Assembly (NCBI GenBank): GCA_964456505.1
Contig: CAYWAH010000001.1
Coordinates: forward strand, 37,464 to 101,463
Direction: 5' to 3'
DNA: 64,000 nt
DNA from: an uncultured Clostridium sp.
Lineage (GTDB): Bacteria; Bacillota; Clostridia; TANB77; CAG-508
Part shown: piece after piece, positions 18,092-26,893 of the stretch
Numbering within the stretch: the first letter of the stretch is position 1
Layout of the letters: the number at the start of each line of letters is the position of its first letter
Translations under genes and position numbers: made by a program
The notes under the pieces: generated by a model
Seen by the model: the letters and a program-made list of their open reading frames with translations, nothing else
Database searches by the model: none
What the model was told of the DNA's origin: nothing

Positions 18092-18456
18092 TGAAAAATG
18101 AGAAGAAAAAACTTGGAAAAGTTGGAGAAGATATCGCATCAAAGTATTTAGAAAATAAAGGATACACAATAATAGAAAGAAATTTTTCGTGTAAAAATGG
18201 AGAAATAGATATTATTGCTTTTGACAATGATACAAATGAAATCGTCTTTATTGAAGTAAAAACAAGGTCAAATTCAAATTATGGTTATCCTATTGAAGCC
18301 GTTACAAAAATAAAGCAGAAACACATAGTTTCTGCTTCAAAGTTCTTTATTTATTCTAATAAACTCGAAAAATTTAATATAAGATTTGATGTAATTGAAA
18401 TATTGAAAAAAGATAAATTTTATATTAGGCAAACAAAGAATTGTCAATTTTTATAA
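18091..18456 (+). CDS. yraN: YraN-family (UPF0102) endonuclease
   Basis: The start overlaps the dprA stop (TAATG). The sequence GEDIASKYLENKGYTIIERNF...GEIDIIA...IVFIEVKTR is the diagnostic UPF0102 signature. Confidence 0.75.
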   Translation: MKNEKKKLGKVGEDIASKYLENKGYTIIERNFSCKNGEIDIIAFDNDTNEIVFIEVKTRSNSNYGYPIEAVTKIKQKHIVSASKFFIYSNKLEKFNIRFDVIEILKKDKFYIRQTKNCQFL

Positions 18457-18516
18457 TATTAGTAAAATCCTATTTAATAAATTTGCATTATAATATTTCT
18501 AAAACAAATTTTAATT

Positions 18517-19983
18517 TTATAAATTATACATATTATCTTTTTTAATCCATACTGAAACACTTCCACCATTGCAATAGAAAATTCCGTTTCCTTCGTTATC
18601 AACATAAACAGTTTCTTTAACATTTCCTGTACAATCATAAAGAATAGAGTTTGCTAAATTTTTTCCAACATTCATTTGCTTTCCACCACCAGGCCCATCG
18701 CTTAATATTACAGCCATTCCAGAATCTTGATGATAATAATCGCCTTCTCTAGTCCAACCGATTATATCATGATCATCAAAATAATCATGTTCTTCGCCAT
18801 AAGCAATATTTTTTCTCACTTGCAAAAATATATCTAAAAGTTCTTTCATAGGAGGAATATTTTTTGCAGGAATTCCATAATAGTCACCATAAAAAATGCA
18901 AGGAATTCCAACATTTCTAAACATTATCATTGCATAGGCAAGAGGCTTAAACCATTCTTGAACCCATGATTCCAATGATTGACCTGGCTCAGTATCATGA
19001 TTATCAACAAATGTTACTGCTTTTGATGGTCTTCTATCAACAAGGGTGTCTTCAAAAATTGAACCCATATCAAAATTGCCATTACTCTTTGAGGCAATTT
19101 GAAATCTATCATGTAGTGGAACATCAAATAAACTTGTAATATTGGGATTATAATCAAGGTAGTACAAAAGAGTATCAATGTTTACACTAAAATATTCACC
19201 AACTGTATAAAAAGTTTTATTAAAATATGAATTCATATCTTCTAGCCAACTCTTATAAAAAGAATATCTTATGTGCTTTATTGCATCAAGCCTGAAACCA
19301 TCAACATGAGTTTCATTTACAAACCATTTTCCCCAATTATGAAGATCTTCAACCATATCGTGATTGTTGAAGTCAACATCATCTCCCATTAAGTAATCAT
19401 AATTTCCACGTTCTTTATCAACATCTTCAGCAAATCTTTTACCATAAAATCTAAAAATTCCATTTTCTTTTTTTAAGTCATCATAATCAACTGAAGAAAA
19501 ATCTGTCCAATCTAATTTTAAAGATGAATATTTATTATTTCTACCTTCAAAATTAAACTTTGTCCATGTTTTTATTTTTCTGTAATCTTCTATAACTTTA
19601 TTTCTATCGTCATAATCTACTTTGCAAGCCAATACTTCTTCAGATTCATCAGCGCCCATTTTATGATTTAAAACTATATCTGCTAATACTTGTATTCCTT
19701 CAACTTGCAAAGAGTTGATTGCAGCAATATATTGATCTTTTGTACCATATTTTGTGCGAACAGTTCCTTTTTGATTAAATTCGCCTAAATCGTACAAATC
19801 ATATACGCCATAACCTGTATCATTTATTCCACTAGCAGCTTTAAAAGCAGGTGGAAGCCACACAGAGGTTATTCCATTTTTCTTTAATTCAGGAGCGGCA
19901 TTTATCAATTTTGTCCATAAGTTGCAATCATTTGGTAAATACCATTCAAAACATTGCATCATAGTTTTATTATTATTTTTCAT
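18517..19983 (-). CDS. Cytoplasmic alpha-amylase (GH13, AmyA-like)
   Basis: The N-terminus MMQCFEWYLP resembles E. coli AmyA LLQCFHWYYP. The GH13 motifs GFRLDAIKH, EYF and FVDNHD are present. A GAGGT RBS lies 6 nt before the first ATG on the - strand. Confidence 0.8.
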   Translation of the reverse strand: MKNNNKTMMQCFEWYLPNDCNLWTKLINAAPELKKNGITSVWLPPAFKAASGINDTGYGVYDLYDLGEFNQKGTVRTKYGTKDQYIAAINSLQVEGIQVLADIVLNHKMGADESEEVLACKVDYDDRNKVIEDYRKIKTWTKFNFEGRNNKYSSLKLDWTDFSSVDYDDLKKENGIFRFYGKRFAEDVDKERGNYDYLMGDDVDFNNHDMVEDLHNWGKWFVNETHVDGFRLDAIKHIRYSFYKSWLEDMNSYFNKTFYTVGEYFSVNIDTLLYYLDYNPNITSLFDVPLHDRFQIASKSNGNFDMGSIFEDTLVDRRPSKAVTFVDNHDTEPGQSLESWVQEWFKPLAYAMIMFRNVGIPCIFYGDYYGIPAKNIPPMKELLDIFLQVRKNIAYGEEHDYFDDHDIIGWTREGDYYHQDSGMAVILSDGPGGGKQMNVGKNLANSILYDCTGNVKETVYVDNEGNGIFYCNGGSVSVWIKKDNMYNL

Positions 19984-20119
19984 TTGTTTACCTCGTATAA
20001 TAAATTTATAGCTGAAGCTTTTATTATATAAGCATTTAGTTTATTACTAATTTGTCTTTTATAAAATTTGCAAATTTTTTACATATCAATTATAAAATAA
20101 AAAATTAAACAAAACAAGA

Positions 20120-20989
20120 CTAACGCTCAAAATTATCTAAACTTTCAAATTGATAATTTTGATTTTTGATTTCTTTTATAATATCGTCTAAAATATTAGC
20201 ATTATCTTTTGAAGTAGCATGTAATAACATAATTTCTCCATTATGCAAATTATCAAGAATTTTCTTTTTTGCATATTCTTCTTTTCCTTGTTTATTGTCA
20301 TCCCAATCATCATAGGCAAAAGACCAAAGCACAGGAGTAAAGCCAAGTTTTTTTACATACGCTAAATTGGCTTCACTAAATTCACCTTTGGGCGGTCTCA
20401 TATATTTCATTTCATAGTCAAAATTTTCATATACTTTTTTATTTAAATCAAGCAATTCTTTATTTATTACTTCCTCTGTACAATCAGGCATACTTTTGTG
20501 ATTAACAGTATGATTCCCTAAAATATGACCATCGTTAATTATTCTTTGAATTATATCTGGACTAGTTTTTACAAATTGACCTGTAATAAAAAATGTAGCA
20601 TTGACATTATTGTTTTTCAGTGTGTCCAAAATTTGATTCATATAACCTCCATCATAACCAACATCAAATGTTAAATAGATTTTGTTAGAATTTTTATTTC
20701 CAATTGAAAGCCCGTCAAATTCATCTAATATTTCTTTTGCGTTTTTATCCAGTTCAGGTTGCTCATGATTTTTACTTCTTTTCAATCCCCAGCATATTTT
20801 CTTTGTACTCAATGCTTTTGAACTTACCATAATGTAATTATTAACTTTTTTAGCAACGTTTAATCCTTTAAAATCAGAGCAAATACTTGCAGTAAATATA
20901 ATAAAAATAACAAACAGTAAAAATACAATAACAACAACAATGTTTATTGCTTTATTCATCAACCAGTTTTTAAAACAGAAAAAATTCAT
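20120..20989 (-). CDS. Polysaccharide deacetylase (CE4, NodB domain; PdaA/PdaB-like), membrane-anchored
   Basis: The NodB motifs are TFDVGYD (TFDDG-like) and HTVNHKSM (HxxxH). It has an N-terminal TM helix. An AGAGGA RBS lies 5 nt before the ATG (MNFFCF) at 20989. Confidence 0.7.
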   Translation of the reverse strand: MNFFCFKNWLMNKAINIVVVIVFLLFVIFIIFTASICSDFKGLNVAKKVNNYIMVSSKALSTKKICWGLKRSKNHEQPELDKNAKEILDEFDGLSIGNKNSNKIYLTFDVGYDGGYMNQILDTLKNNNVNATFFITGQFVKTSPDIIQRIINDGHILGNHTVNHKSMPDCTEEVINKELLDLNKKVYENFDYEMKYMRPPKGEFSEANLAYVKKLGFTPVLWSFAYDDWDDNKQGKEEYAKKKILDNLHNGEIMLLHATSKDNANILDDIIKEIKNQNYQFESLDNFER

Positions 20990-21178
20990 ACCAATCCTCT
21001 TCAAAAATATTTATTAAAATATATTCTATACTGATTAAAATATGAAAAAACTTAAATAAAAATAACATAATATTTAATAGTGTGATTTTGAATTTGTAAT
21101 TACTATATTTTTTGTAAATCCAATTTATAAATAAAAAATGAATGCTTAAAATGCAAAATTTAATTGAATTGTAACAAC

Positions 21179-21216
21179 TTTTTCACACTTCTTTCACATT
21201 TCTAGGTTATTATAAT
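21179..21216 (+). promoter_or_regulatory. htrA promoter: direct octamer repeats TTTTCACA / CTTTCACA (21179-21198) overlapping the -35 region, -10 TATAAT (21211-21216)
   Basis: The tandem repeat TTTCACA-N4-TTTCACA lies immediately upstream of a consensus -10. It resembles the CssR-type repeats of Bacillus htrA/htrB promoters. Confidence 0.4.
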
Positions 21217-21297
21217 GCTAGATGTTGAAAAATAATTTTCAATAGGCTATAGTATAGATATAAATTATTTATGTAATTTGAAAGGAAGTATTTTAAA

Positions 21298-22548
21298 ATG
21301 GATAATAATTATATTAATGCAAATGCTGCAGAAATGAAAAACAAAGTAAACAAGCAATCACAGAAAAAAGAAAAAGGAAATCATTCATTTGGAAAAACTG
21401 TAGTAATTCCTTTTGTAAGTGGTATACTTGGTGCTGCATTAGTTATGGGTACATGTTATAATATACCTGCAGTACATTCAGCATTAACGGAAAATAAAAA
21501 TACTACAACAGATAGTTCAGCAAATATTAATTATAATAACGTAAATACAAATTTGGTTTCACTATCTAATTTTTCTGATACAGGAGTTTATGTTGCACAA
21601 AAAGTTTTACCTTCAGTAGTTGGTATTAAAGTAACTTACTCTGTAAATAGTGTATTTTCTAGCAAATTATCAACAGCTTCTGCCGAAGGCTCAGGTGTAA
21701 TAATAAGTGATGATGGATATATTTTGACAAACAATCATGTTGTATCAAGCTCAACAACAAATAGTTCTTCAAACTTATTTTATGAAATTCAAGAAGCTAC
21801 AAAAATTACAGTTTCATTATATAATGATAAAACTGAATATGAAGCAAAGATTGTTGGAACAGATGCTCAAACAGATTTAGCTGTTATTAAAATTGATAAG
21901 ACTGGATTGACCGCTGCAACATTAGGAGATTCTGATGCTGTTCAAGTTGGTGAATGGTGCATGGCAATTGGAAATCCATTAGGAATGGAAAGCAGTGTTA
22001 CAACAGGTTCAATAAGTGCATTAAATAGAAGTGTAACAGATAGTGAAGGAAAAGAATATAATGTTATTCAAACAGATGCCGCTATAAATTCAGGAAATAG
22101 TGGTGGAGCTTTAGTTAATAGCAAAGGTGAAGTCATAGGAATTAATACAATCAAGGCATCAGGAACAGGTGTTGAAGGATTAGGATTTGCAATTCCAATC
22201 AATTCAACAAAGTCAATTTATAGTGATTTGATTCAATACAATAAAGTTAAGAGACCTTATATTGGAATATCAGGAAGCGACATAACTGATGAAGTTATAA
22301 AAGCAAATCCAACATATAATCTAGTAAAAGGTGCTTATGTAAGAAGTGTTGAAGATTATTCTCCAGCTCAAAGAGCAGGACTACAAGTAGGAGACATAAT
22401 TGTAAAAGCTGATGGTCAAACTGTTGAAACAATGGATCAATTAAATGAAATTAAGAATAAACATTCAATAGGAGACACGATAAAATTAACAATTAATAGA
22501 AATGAAAAAGAACAAGATATAGAAATAAAATTAGCAGAACAACCATAG
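21298..22548 (+). CDS. htrA: HtrA/DegP-family serine protease with C-terminal PDZ domain
   Basis: An N-terminal TM anchor is followed by the trypsin-like catalytic triad motifs TNNHVV, DLAVIKI and GNSGGAL, and then a PDZ domain. Confidence 0.8.
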   Translation: MDNNYINANAAEMKNKVNKQSQKKEKGNHSFGKTVVIPFVSGILGAALVMGTCYNIPAVHSALTENKNTTTDSSANINYNNVNTNLVSLSNFSDTGVYVAQKVLPSVVGIKVTYSVNSVFSSKLSTASAEGSGVIISDDGYILTNNHVVSSSTTNSSSNLFYEIQEATKITVSLYNDKTEYEAKIVGTDAQTDLAVIKIDKTGLTAATLGDSDAVQVGEWCMAIGNPLGMESSVTTGSISALNRSVTDSEGKEYNVIQTDAAINSGNSGGALVNSKGEVIGINTIKASGTGVEGLGFAIPINSTKSIYSDLIQYNKVKRPYIGISGSDITDEVIKANPTYNLVKGAYVRSVEDYSPAQRAGLQVGDIIVKADGQTVETMDQLNEIKNKHSIGDTIKLTINRNEKEQDIEIKLAEQP

Positions 22549-22645
22549 TTAGTTCACACAATGGACAAATTCTATTATTATAATATAAGCATAATCAGAT
22601 AGAGATACCTGGTTATAATATAGAAAACATCCCCTTTTATTTTCA

Positions 22646-22680
22646 AAAAAGCAATGGCATACGCCATTGCTTTTTTTATT
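22646..22680 (+). terminator. Rho-independent terminator after htrA
   Basis: The perfect stem AGCAATGGC / GCCATTGCT has loop ATAC and is followed by TTTTTTTATT. Confidence 0.7.
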
Positions 22681-22748
22681 ATTCAAATTAATAGGTAAAT
22701 ATTCTTGAAAAATTACAGTTGCAATTGTATAATTATTTTGGAGGAAAA

Positions 22749-23636
22749 ATGGATACATATAAATATAATAATATATTTTTAACTAATAATATTAATAAAG
22801 CAAATTGTATAACACATTCTGGAACATTTCATGTTGATGATGTTATGGCTACGGTTTTTCTTAGCAAAATATTAGATAGAGTTATATTGCTTAGAGTTCC
22901 AACAACTAATGAGTTGCAAACACAAAATAAAGTTATTTTTGACATTGACTATGGTGAATTTGATCATCATCAGAAGAATAGAAATGGAAAAAGAAAAAAT
23001 GGAATATACTATTCTTCTATTGGTTTGCTATGGAAAAAATACGGAATGGAATATTTGAGAGAACAGAATGTTAAATATTTAGAAAAAACTTTTGAATATA
23101 TGGATAGTGAGCTTATTCAATATATTGATGCTACCGATAATATGCAACAAGAATATTTAAAAAGTAAAATTTCTCCTGATTTTGTTAAACTTTGTAATCC
23201 TCAGTGGAATGAAGATATTCCTGAAGAAGAAGGATTTATTAATGCAGTAAAACTAGGCAATGAATTTTGGGACATATATATAAAACACGCAATTGCAGAA
23301 GTTGAAGCAATAGAAATTATTCTAGATAAAGTAAATAATTCAGATGATATTTATGTTGCGTTTGAAAAAGATTTACCATATAGAAAGGCAATTCCAAAAA
23401 TAGAAAATAAAAAAGTCAAGTATTTAATATTTAAATCAAGAAGACAAGGCTATGATATTAGAGCAATATATGATGCACATAAATTTAAAAGTCAAATTTC
23501 TAAAGCAAACGACTTGGATAAAATAAAAAAAGAAACAAATGTCAGTGATTTAATTTATACAGATACTAATGGAAAATTATGTTGTACTAACACATTGGAG
23601 AGTGCAATAAAAATAATAAAATTTAATGAAAGTTAG
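22749..23636 (+). CDS. MYG1/UPF0160-family metal-dependent hydrolase
   Basis: A GGAGG RBS lies 6 nt before the ATG at 22749. The N-terminal HSGTFHVDDVMA motif is the MYG1 metal-binding signature. Confidence 0.6.
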   Translation: MDTYKYNNIFLTNNINKANCITHSGTFHVDDVMATVFLSKILDRVILLRVPTTNELQTQNKVIFDIDYGEFDHHQKNRNGKRKNGIYYSSIGLLWKKYGMEYLREQNVKYLEKTFEYMDSELIQYIDATDNMQQEYLKSKISPDFVKLCNPQWNEDIPEEEGFINAVKLGNEFWDIYIKHAIAEVEAIEIILDKVNNSDDIYVAFEKDLPYRKAIPKIENKKVKYLIFKSRRQGYDIRAIYDAHKFKSQISKANDLDKIKKETNVSDLIYTDTNGKLCCTNTLESAIKIIKFNES

Positions 23637-23723
23637 TTTGAGATAATGATTTATGTTATTAAATACTGAAATAATTTTATAATACAATTGTTTTTAAAAA
23701 ATTATTATATCCTATTATTTGCA

Positions 23724-23752
23724 TTGAAAAAGCAAGCCACATGTGATAGAAT
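23724..23752 (+). promoter_or_regulatory. Promoter: -35 TTGAAA (23724-23729), 17 nt, -10 TAGAAT (23747-23752)
   Basis: The hexamers and spacing are good. The promoter lies about 40 nt upstream of the SPASM-protein ORF. Confidence 0.45.
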
Positions 23753-23793
23753 GTAAAGCGAAAATAATAGAAGATTGGGAAAAAATATGAGAA

Positions 23794-24978
23794 ATGATTG
23801 AAAATATAAAATACCTAGATCAAAATACATGCCTAGATATGAATGATTTCAATTTTATGATAGGTTTTGTAGATGATCCAGAACATGATATTTTACATGC
23901 AATGACAGAAGAAGAACAAGTTGATTTTTATAAAAGAATGAATCAAGAATTTAGAGGAACATCATTAGATTATGGAGTACGTAATACATGGTTTGCAGAA
24001 TTCAATCCAACTTATTGCTCAAATTGTGATAATTGTGGTGAAAAGTTCTTCTTATTAGAGCGTAACGGAGATATTTATTCTTGTGTTAGAGGACAAAAAC
24101 ATAATGAATTTTATTATGGAAATATTTATAAAGACGATGTCCAAACAATACTTCAAAATGCACAGAATAAAATATTTGAAATAGATAAAAAAATTGGCTT
24201 CAATGAAGAATGTGCAAATTGCAAGTACTTGTATTTGTGCAAAACAGGTTGTCCATTTGTAAGAAATAAATATAATTCAAATAAATCATATACTTGCAAA
24301 CTTCAACAAGAAATTTATAAAGACAATCCTGACTTATATCCAGAGGATATTCATAATGATGGAAGCGTTTATGTTTATATTAAAAAAGTACATCCTGAAC
24401 TTATGGAAAAATATTATCCAAAAGACAAAAAAATAGTATGGGATGATATTCCAAGTTTAACATCAATAATTGAGCAAGATCCGAAATTACAAAAAATATA
24501 TTCCAAAGAAGCATTCATTTTAAATGTTGATGGAACAGAATATAAATTGGAATCACAAATTTTAAGAAGTAAAAGAGAAATAATTTATTTGACTGATGAA
24601 AGCAAAGTTAAATTATATATAAAAAAAGGTGTATTGGAAGATAGCTTATATCCTGCTAGCAATTCTCTTTATATGATGTTATTAAGTGGAAATTTAACAC
24701 AATATGGAGATGAAAATAGAGTAAAGCAAGAGCACATTATGACACATCAAATCTTTACGAATACAATTCAAAAAAATCCATCTGACAAAGAAAATTATTA
24801 TTGTGTTGATATTTCTAAAATATTAGGATTATATTACAACAAACTTGCAAAAGATGTTCCAAATAATTTGTTTTTCACAACATCTGATTGGAGAGATTAT
24901 CATTATTTAAAGCATAAAAATAATGCATACTATCACATACAAGCAATAAACTTACCATTTCAAAATATAGAATTCTAG
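23794..24978 (+). CDS. SPASM-domain protein lacking a radical-SAM core, with a C-terminal domain of about 230 aa and unknown function
   Basis: The SPASM cysteine pattern is textbook: CSNCDNC...G-DIYS-C, then CANCKYLYLCKTGC (Cx2Cx5Cx3C), then a downstream YTC. No CxxxCxxC radical-SAM motif occurs in the 75 aa before it. A separate promoter lies upstream. Confidence 0.5.
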   Translation: MIENIKYLDQNTCLDMNDFNFMIGFVDDPEHDILHAMTEEEQVDFYKRMNQEFRGTSLDYGVRNTWFAEFNPTYCSNCDNCGEKFFLLERNGDIYSCVRGQKHNEFYYGNIYKDDVQTILQNAQNKIFEIDKKIGFNEECANCKYLYLCKTGCPFVRNKYNSNKSYTCKLQQEIYKDNPDLYPEDIHNDGSVYVYIKKVHPELMEKYYPKDKKIVWDDIPSLTSIIEQDPKLQKIYSKEAFILNVDGTEYKLESQILRSKREIIYLTDESKVKLYIKKGVLEDSLYPASNSLYMMLLSGNLTQYGDENRVKQEHIMTHQIFTNTIQKNPSDKENYYCVDISKILGLYYNKLAKDVPNNLFFTTSDWRDYHYLKHKNNAYYHIQAINLPFQNIEF

Positions 24979-24994
24979 TGGTGGTTCATCTGGA

Positions 24995-25030
24995 AATAAC
25001 AATAATAACAACAACAATAATAATAACAAT
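24995..25030 (+). repeat. Trinucleotide microsatellite (AAY)12, which would encode poly-Asn in the +1 frame relative to the upstream gene
   Basis: aataacaataataacaacaacaataataataacaat starts 17 nt after the TAG stop of the SPASM-protein gene. The open frame NSSGGSSGN12S has no start codon. Confidence 0.7.
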
Positions 25031-25058
25031 AGCTAAATGAATAAAATCTAATAAAATA

Positions 25059-25088
25059 TTTGTAAAAATAATATTTTTGTGATATTAT
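25059..25088 (+). promoter_or_regulatory. gatCAB promoter: -35 TTGTAA, TG-extended -10 TGaTATTAT; shares the 13-mer TTGTGATATTATT with the glmM promoter
   Basis: ttgtaa (25059-25064) is followed about 18 nt later by tgtgatattat (25078-25088). Confidence 0.45.
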
Positions 25089-25111
25089 TAAATGAATTTT
25101 AGGAGGGTAAT

Positions 25112-25405
25112 ATGAACGTTAGCAAAGAAGAATTACTACATATAGCTAAATTAGCGGATTTAGAGATAAAAGAGAATGAAGTTCCTGAATATCTAAAAAA
25201 TCTTGAAGAGATTTTAAATTATACTAATGTTATCGATGAAGTAAATGTTGACAATTGTGAAGAAACAATTGGAGCAAATGATAATTACAATGTTTTCAGA
25301 AAAGATGAAGTAAAGAAATTCGATAATGTAAAAGGCATAATGGATAATGCTCAAGATATTGAAAATCATATGTTTAAAATACCAAAAGTTATTAATGAAG
25401 AATAG
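25112..25405 (+). CDS. gatC: Asp-tRNA(Asn)/Glu-tRNA(Gln) amidotransferase subunit C
   Basis: A GGAGGG RBS precedes the start. The protein is 97 aa and carries the GatC motif LAKL..L...E.........I..Y. It lies immediately upstream of gatA-gatB. Confidence 0.8.
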   Translation: MNVSKEELLHIAKLADLEIKENEVPEYLKNLEEILNYTNVIDEVNVDNCEETIGANDNYNVFRKDEVKKFDNVKGIMDNAQDIENHMFKIPKVINEE

Positions 25406-25414
25406 GAGAATGGA

Positions 25415-26881
25415 ATGTCTGATATTACAGAATTAACAGTACATGAATTAGTTGAAAAATTAAATAATAAGGAACTAACTTCGAGTGAGATTGTTGAAGC
25501 GTATTCAAAAAAAATAAAGGAAAATGATCAAAAAGTCGATGCTTTTATTTCTACATATTTAGATGAAGCAGGGAAAAAGGCAGAAGAAGTTGATAAAGAA
25601 AACATAGATAGAAGCAAATATGAATTTGCAGGAATTCCTATTGGAATAAAAGATAATATTTGTGTAAATGGCACAAAAACTACTTGCGCTTCAAAAATGC
25701 TTGAGAATTTTGTTGCACCATATGATGCTACAGTAATTGAAAAATTGAATGATGAAAAAATAATCAGCCTTGGAAAATTAAATTTGGATGAATTTGCAAT
25801 GGGGAGTTCTACAGAAAACTCTGCATTTAAAGTTACTCATAACCCATGGGATTTGAACAAAGTTCCAGGAGGCTCATCAGGCGGATGCGCTGCAGCTGTT
25901 GCAGCAAATGAGGTACCTTGGGCATTAGGCTCAGATACAGGAGGATCAATTAGAGAGCCAGCATCTTTTTGTGGAGTAGTTGGATTGAAACCTACTTATG
26001 GACTAGTTTCAAGATATGGATTGGTTGCGTTTGCGTCATCACTTGATCAAATTGGACCAATTACAAAAGATGTAAAAGATTCTGCAATGCTAATGAATTT
26101 GATTACAGGACATGATGAAAAAGATTCTACTTCTTATGATAGACCAAAAGTTGACTATACAAAATGCTTGAAAAATGATGTAAAAGGATTGAAAATCGGT
26201 GTTCCAAAAGAGTTCTTTGGAGAAGGTATTAATGAAGAAGTAAAGAACAAATTGAATGAGGCAATTGAAACATACAAATCTTTAGGAGCAGAAGTCGAAG
26301 AATGCTCATTAGATGTTGCAAAATATGCACTTGCCGCTTACTATATAATCGCATGTGCTGAAGCCAGTTCAAACCTTGGAAGATTTGATGGAATTAGATA
26401 TGGCTATAGAGCAAAAGATTATAAAGATTTGAATGATTTATTTGTTAAATCAAGAAGTGAAGCATTTGGACCAGAAGTTAAAAGAAGAATAATTTTAGGA
26501 ACGTATGTATTGTCATCAGGATATTATGATGCTTATTACAAAAAGGCACAGAAAGTTAGAACTGTAATAAAAAATAGATTTGATGAATGCTTCAAAAAAT
26601 ATGATGTTTTGTTAACACCAGTTTGCCCAACAACAGCATTTGAAATAGGCTCAAAAACACAAGATCCTATGTCAATGTATTTGGCAGATATTTGCACAGT
26701 ATCAATAAATATAGCATCTGTTCCAGCAATATCAATTCCGGCAGGCGTAGATAAAAACAATATGCCAATTGGAATGCAATTGATAGGAAATAGATTCCAA
26801 GAAGAAACAATACTTAATGCTGCATATACATTTGAACAAAAAATCAAATTTAGAGAAAATCATAAACCAATAGTAAAATAG
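25415..26881 (+). CDS. gatA: Glutamyl-tRNA(Gln) amidotransferase subunit A
   Basis: It carries the amidase signature [13 protein letters not shown], the catalytic Ser in GSDTGGSIR and the Lys in IGIKDN. The protein is 488 aa. Confidence 0.9.
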   Translation: MSDITELTVHELVEKLNNKELTSSEIVEAYSKKIKENDQKVDAFISTYLDEAGKKAEEVDKENIDRSKYEFAGIPIGIKDNICVNGTKTTCASKMLENFVAPYDATVIEKLNDEKIISLGKLNLDEFAMGSSTENSAFKVTHNPWDLNKVPGGSSGGCAAAVAANEVPWALGSDTGGSIREPASFCGVVGLKPTYGLVSRYGLVAFASSLDQIGPITKDVKDSAMLMNLITGHDEKDSTSYDRPKVDYTKCLKNDVKGLKIGVPKEFFGEGINEEVKNKLNEAIETYKSLGAEVEECSLDVAKYALAAYYIIACAEASSNLGRFDGIRYGYRAKDYKDLNDLFVKSRSEAFGPEVKRRIILGTYVLSSGYYDAYYKKAQKVRTVIKNRFDECFKKYDVLLTPVCPTTAFEIGSKTQDPMSMYLADICTVSINIASVPAISIPAGVDKNNMPIGMQLIGNRFQEETILNAAYTFEQKIKFRENHKPIVK

Positions 26882-26893
26882 AAAGGTAAATAA

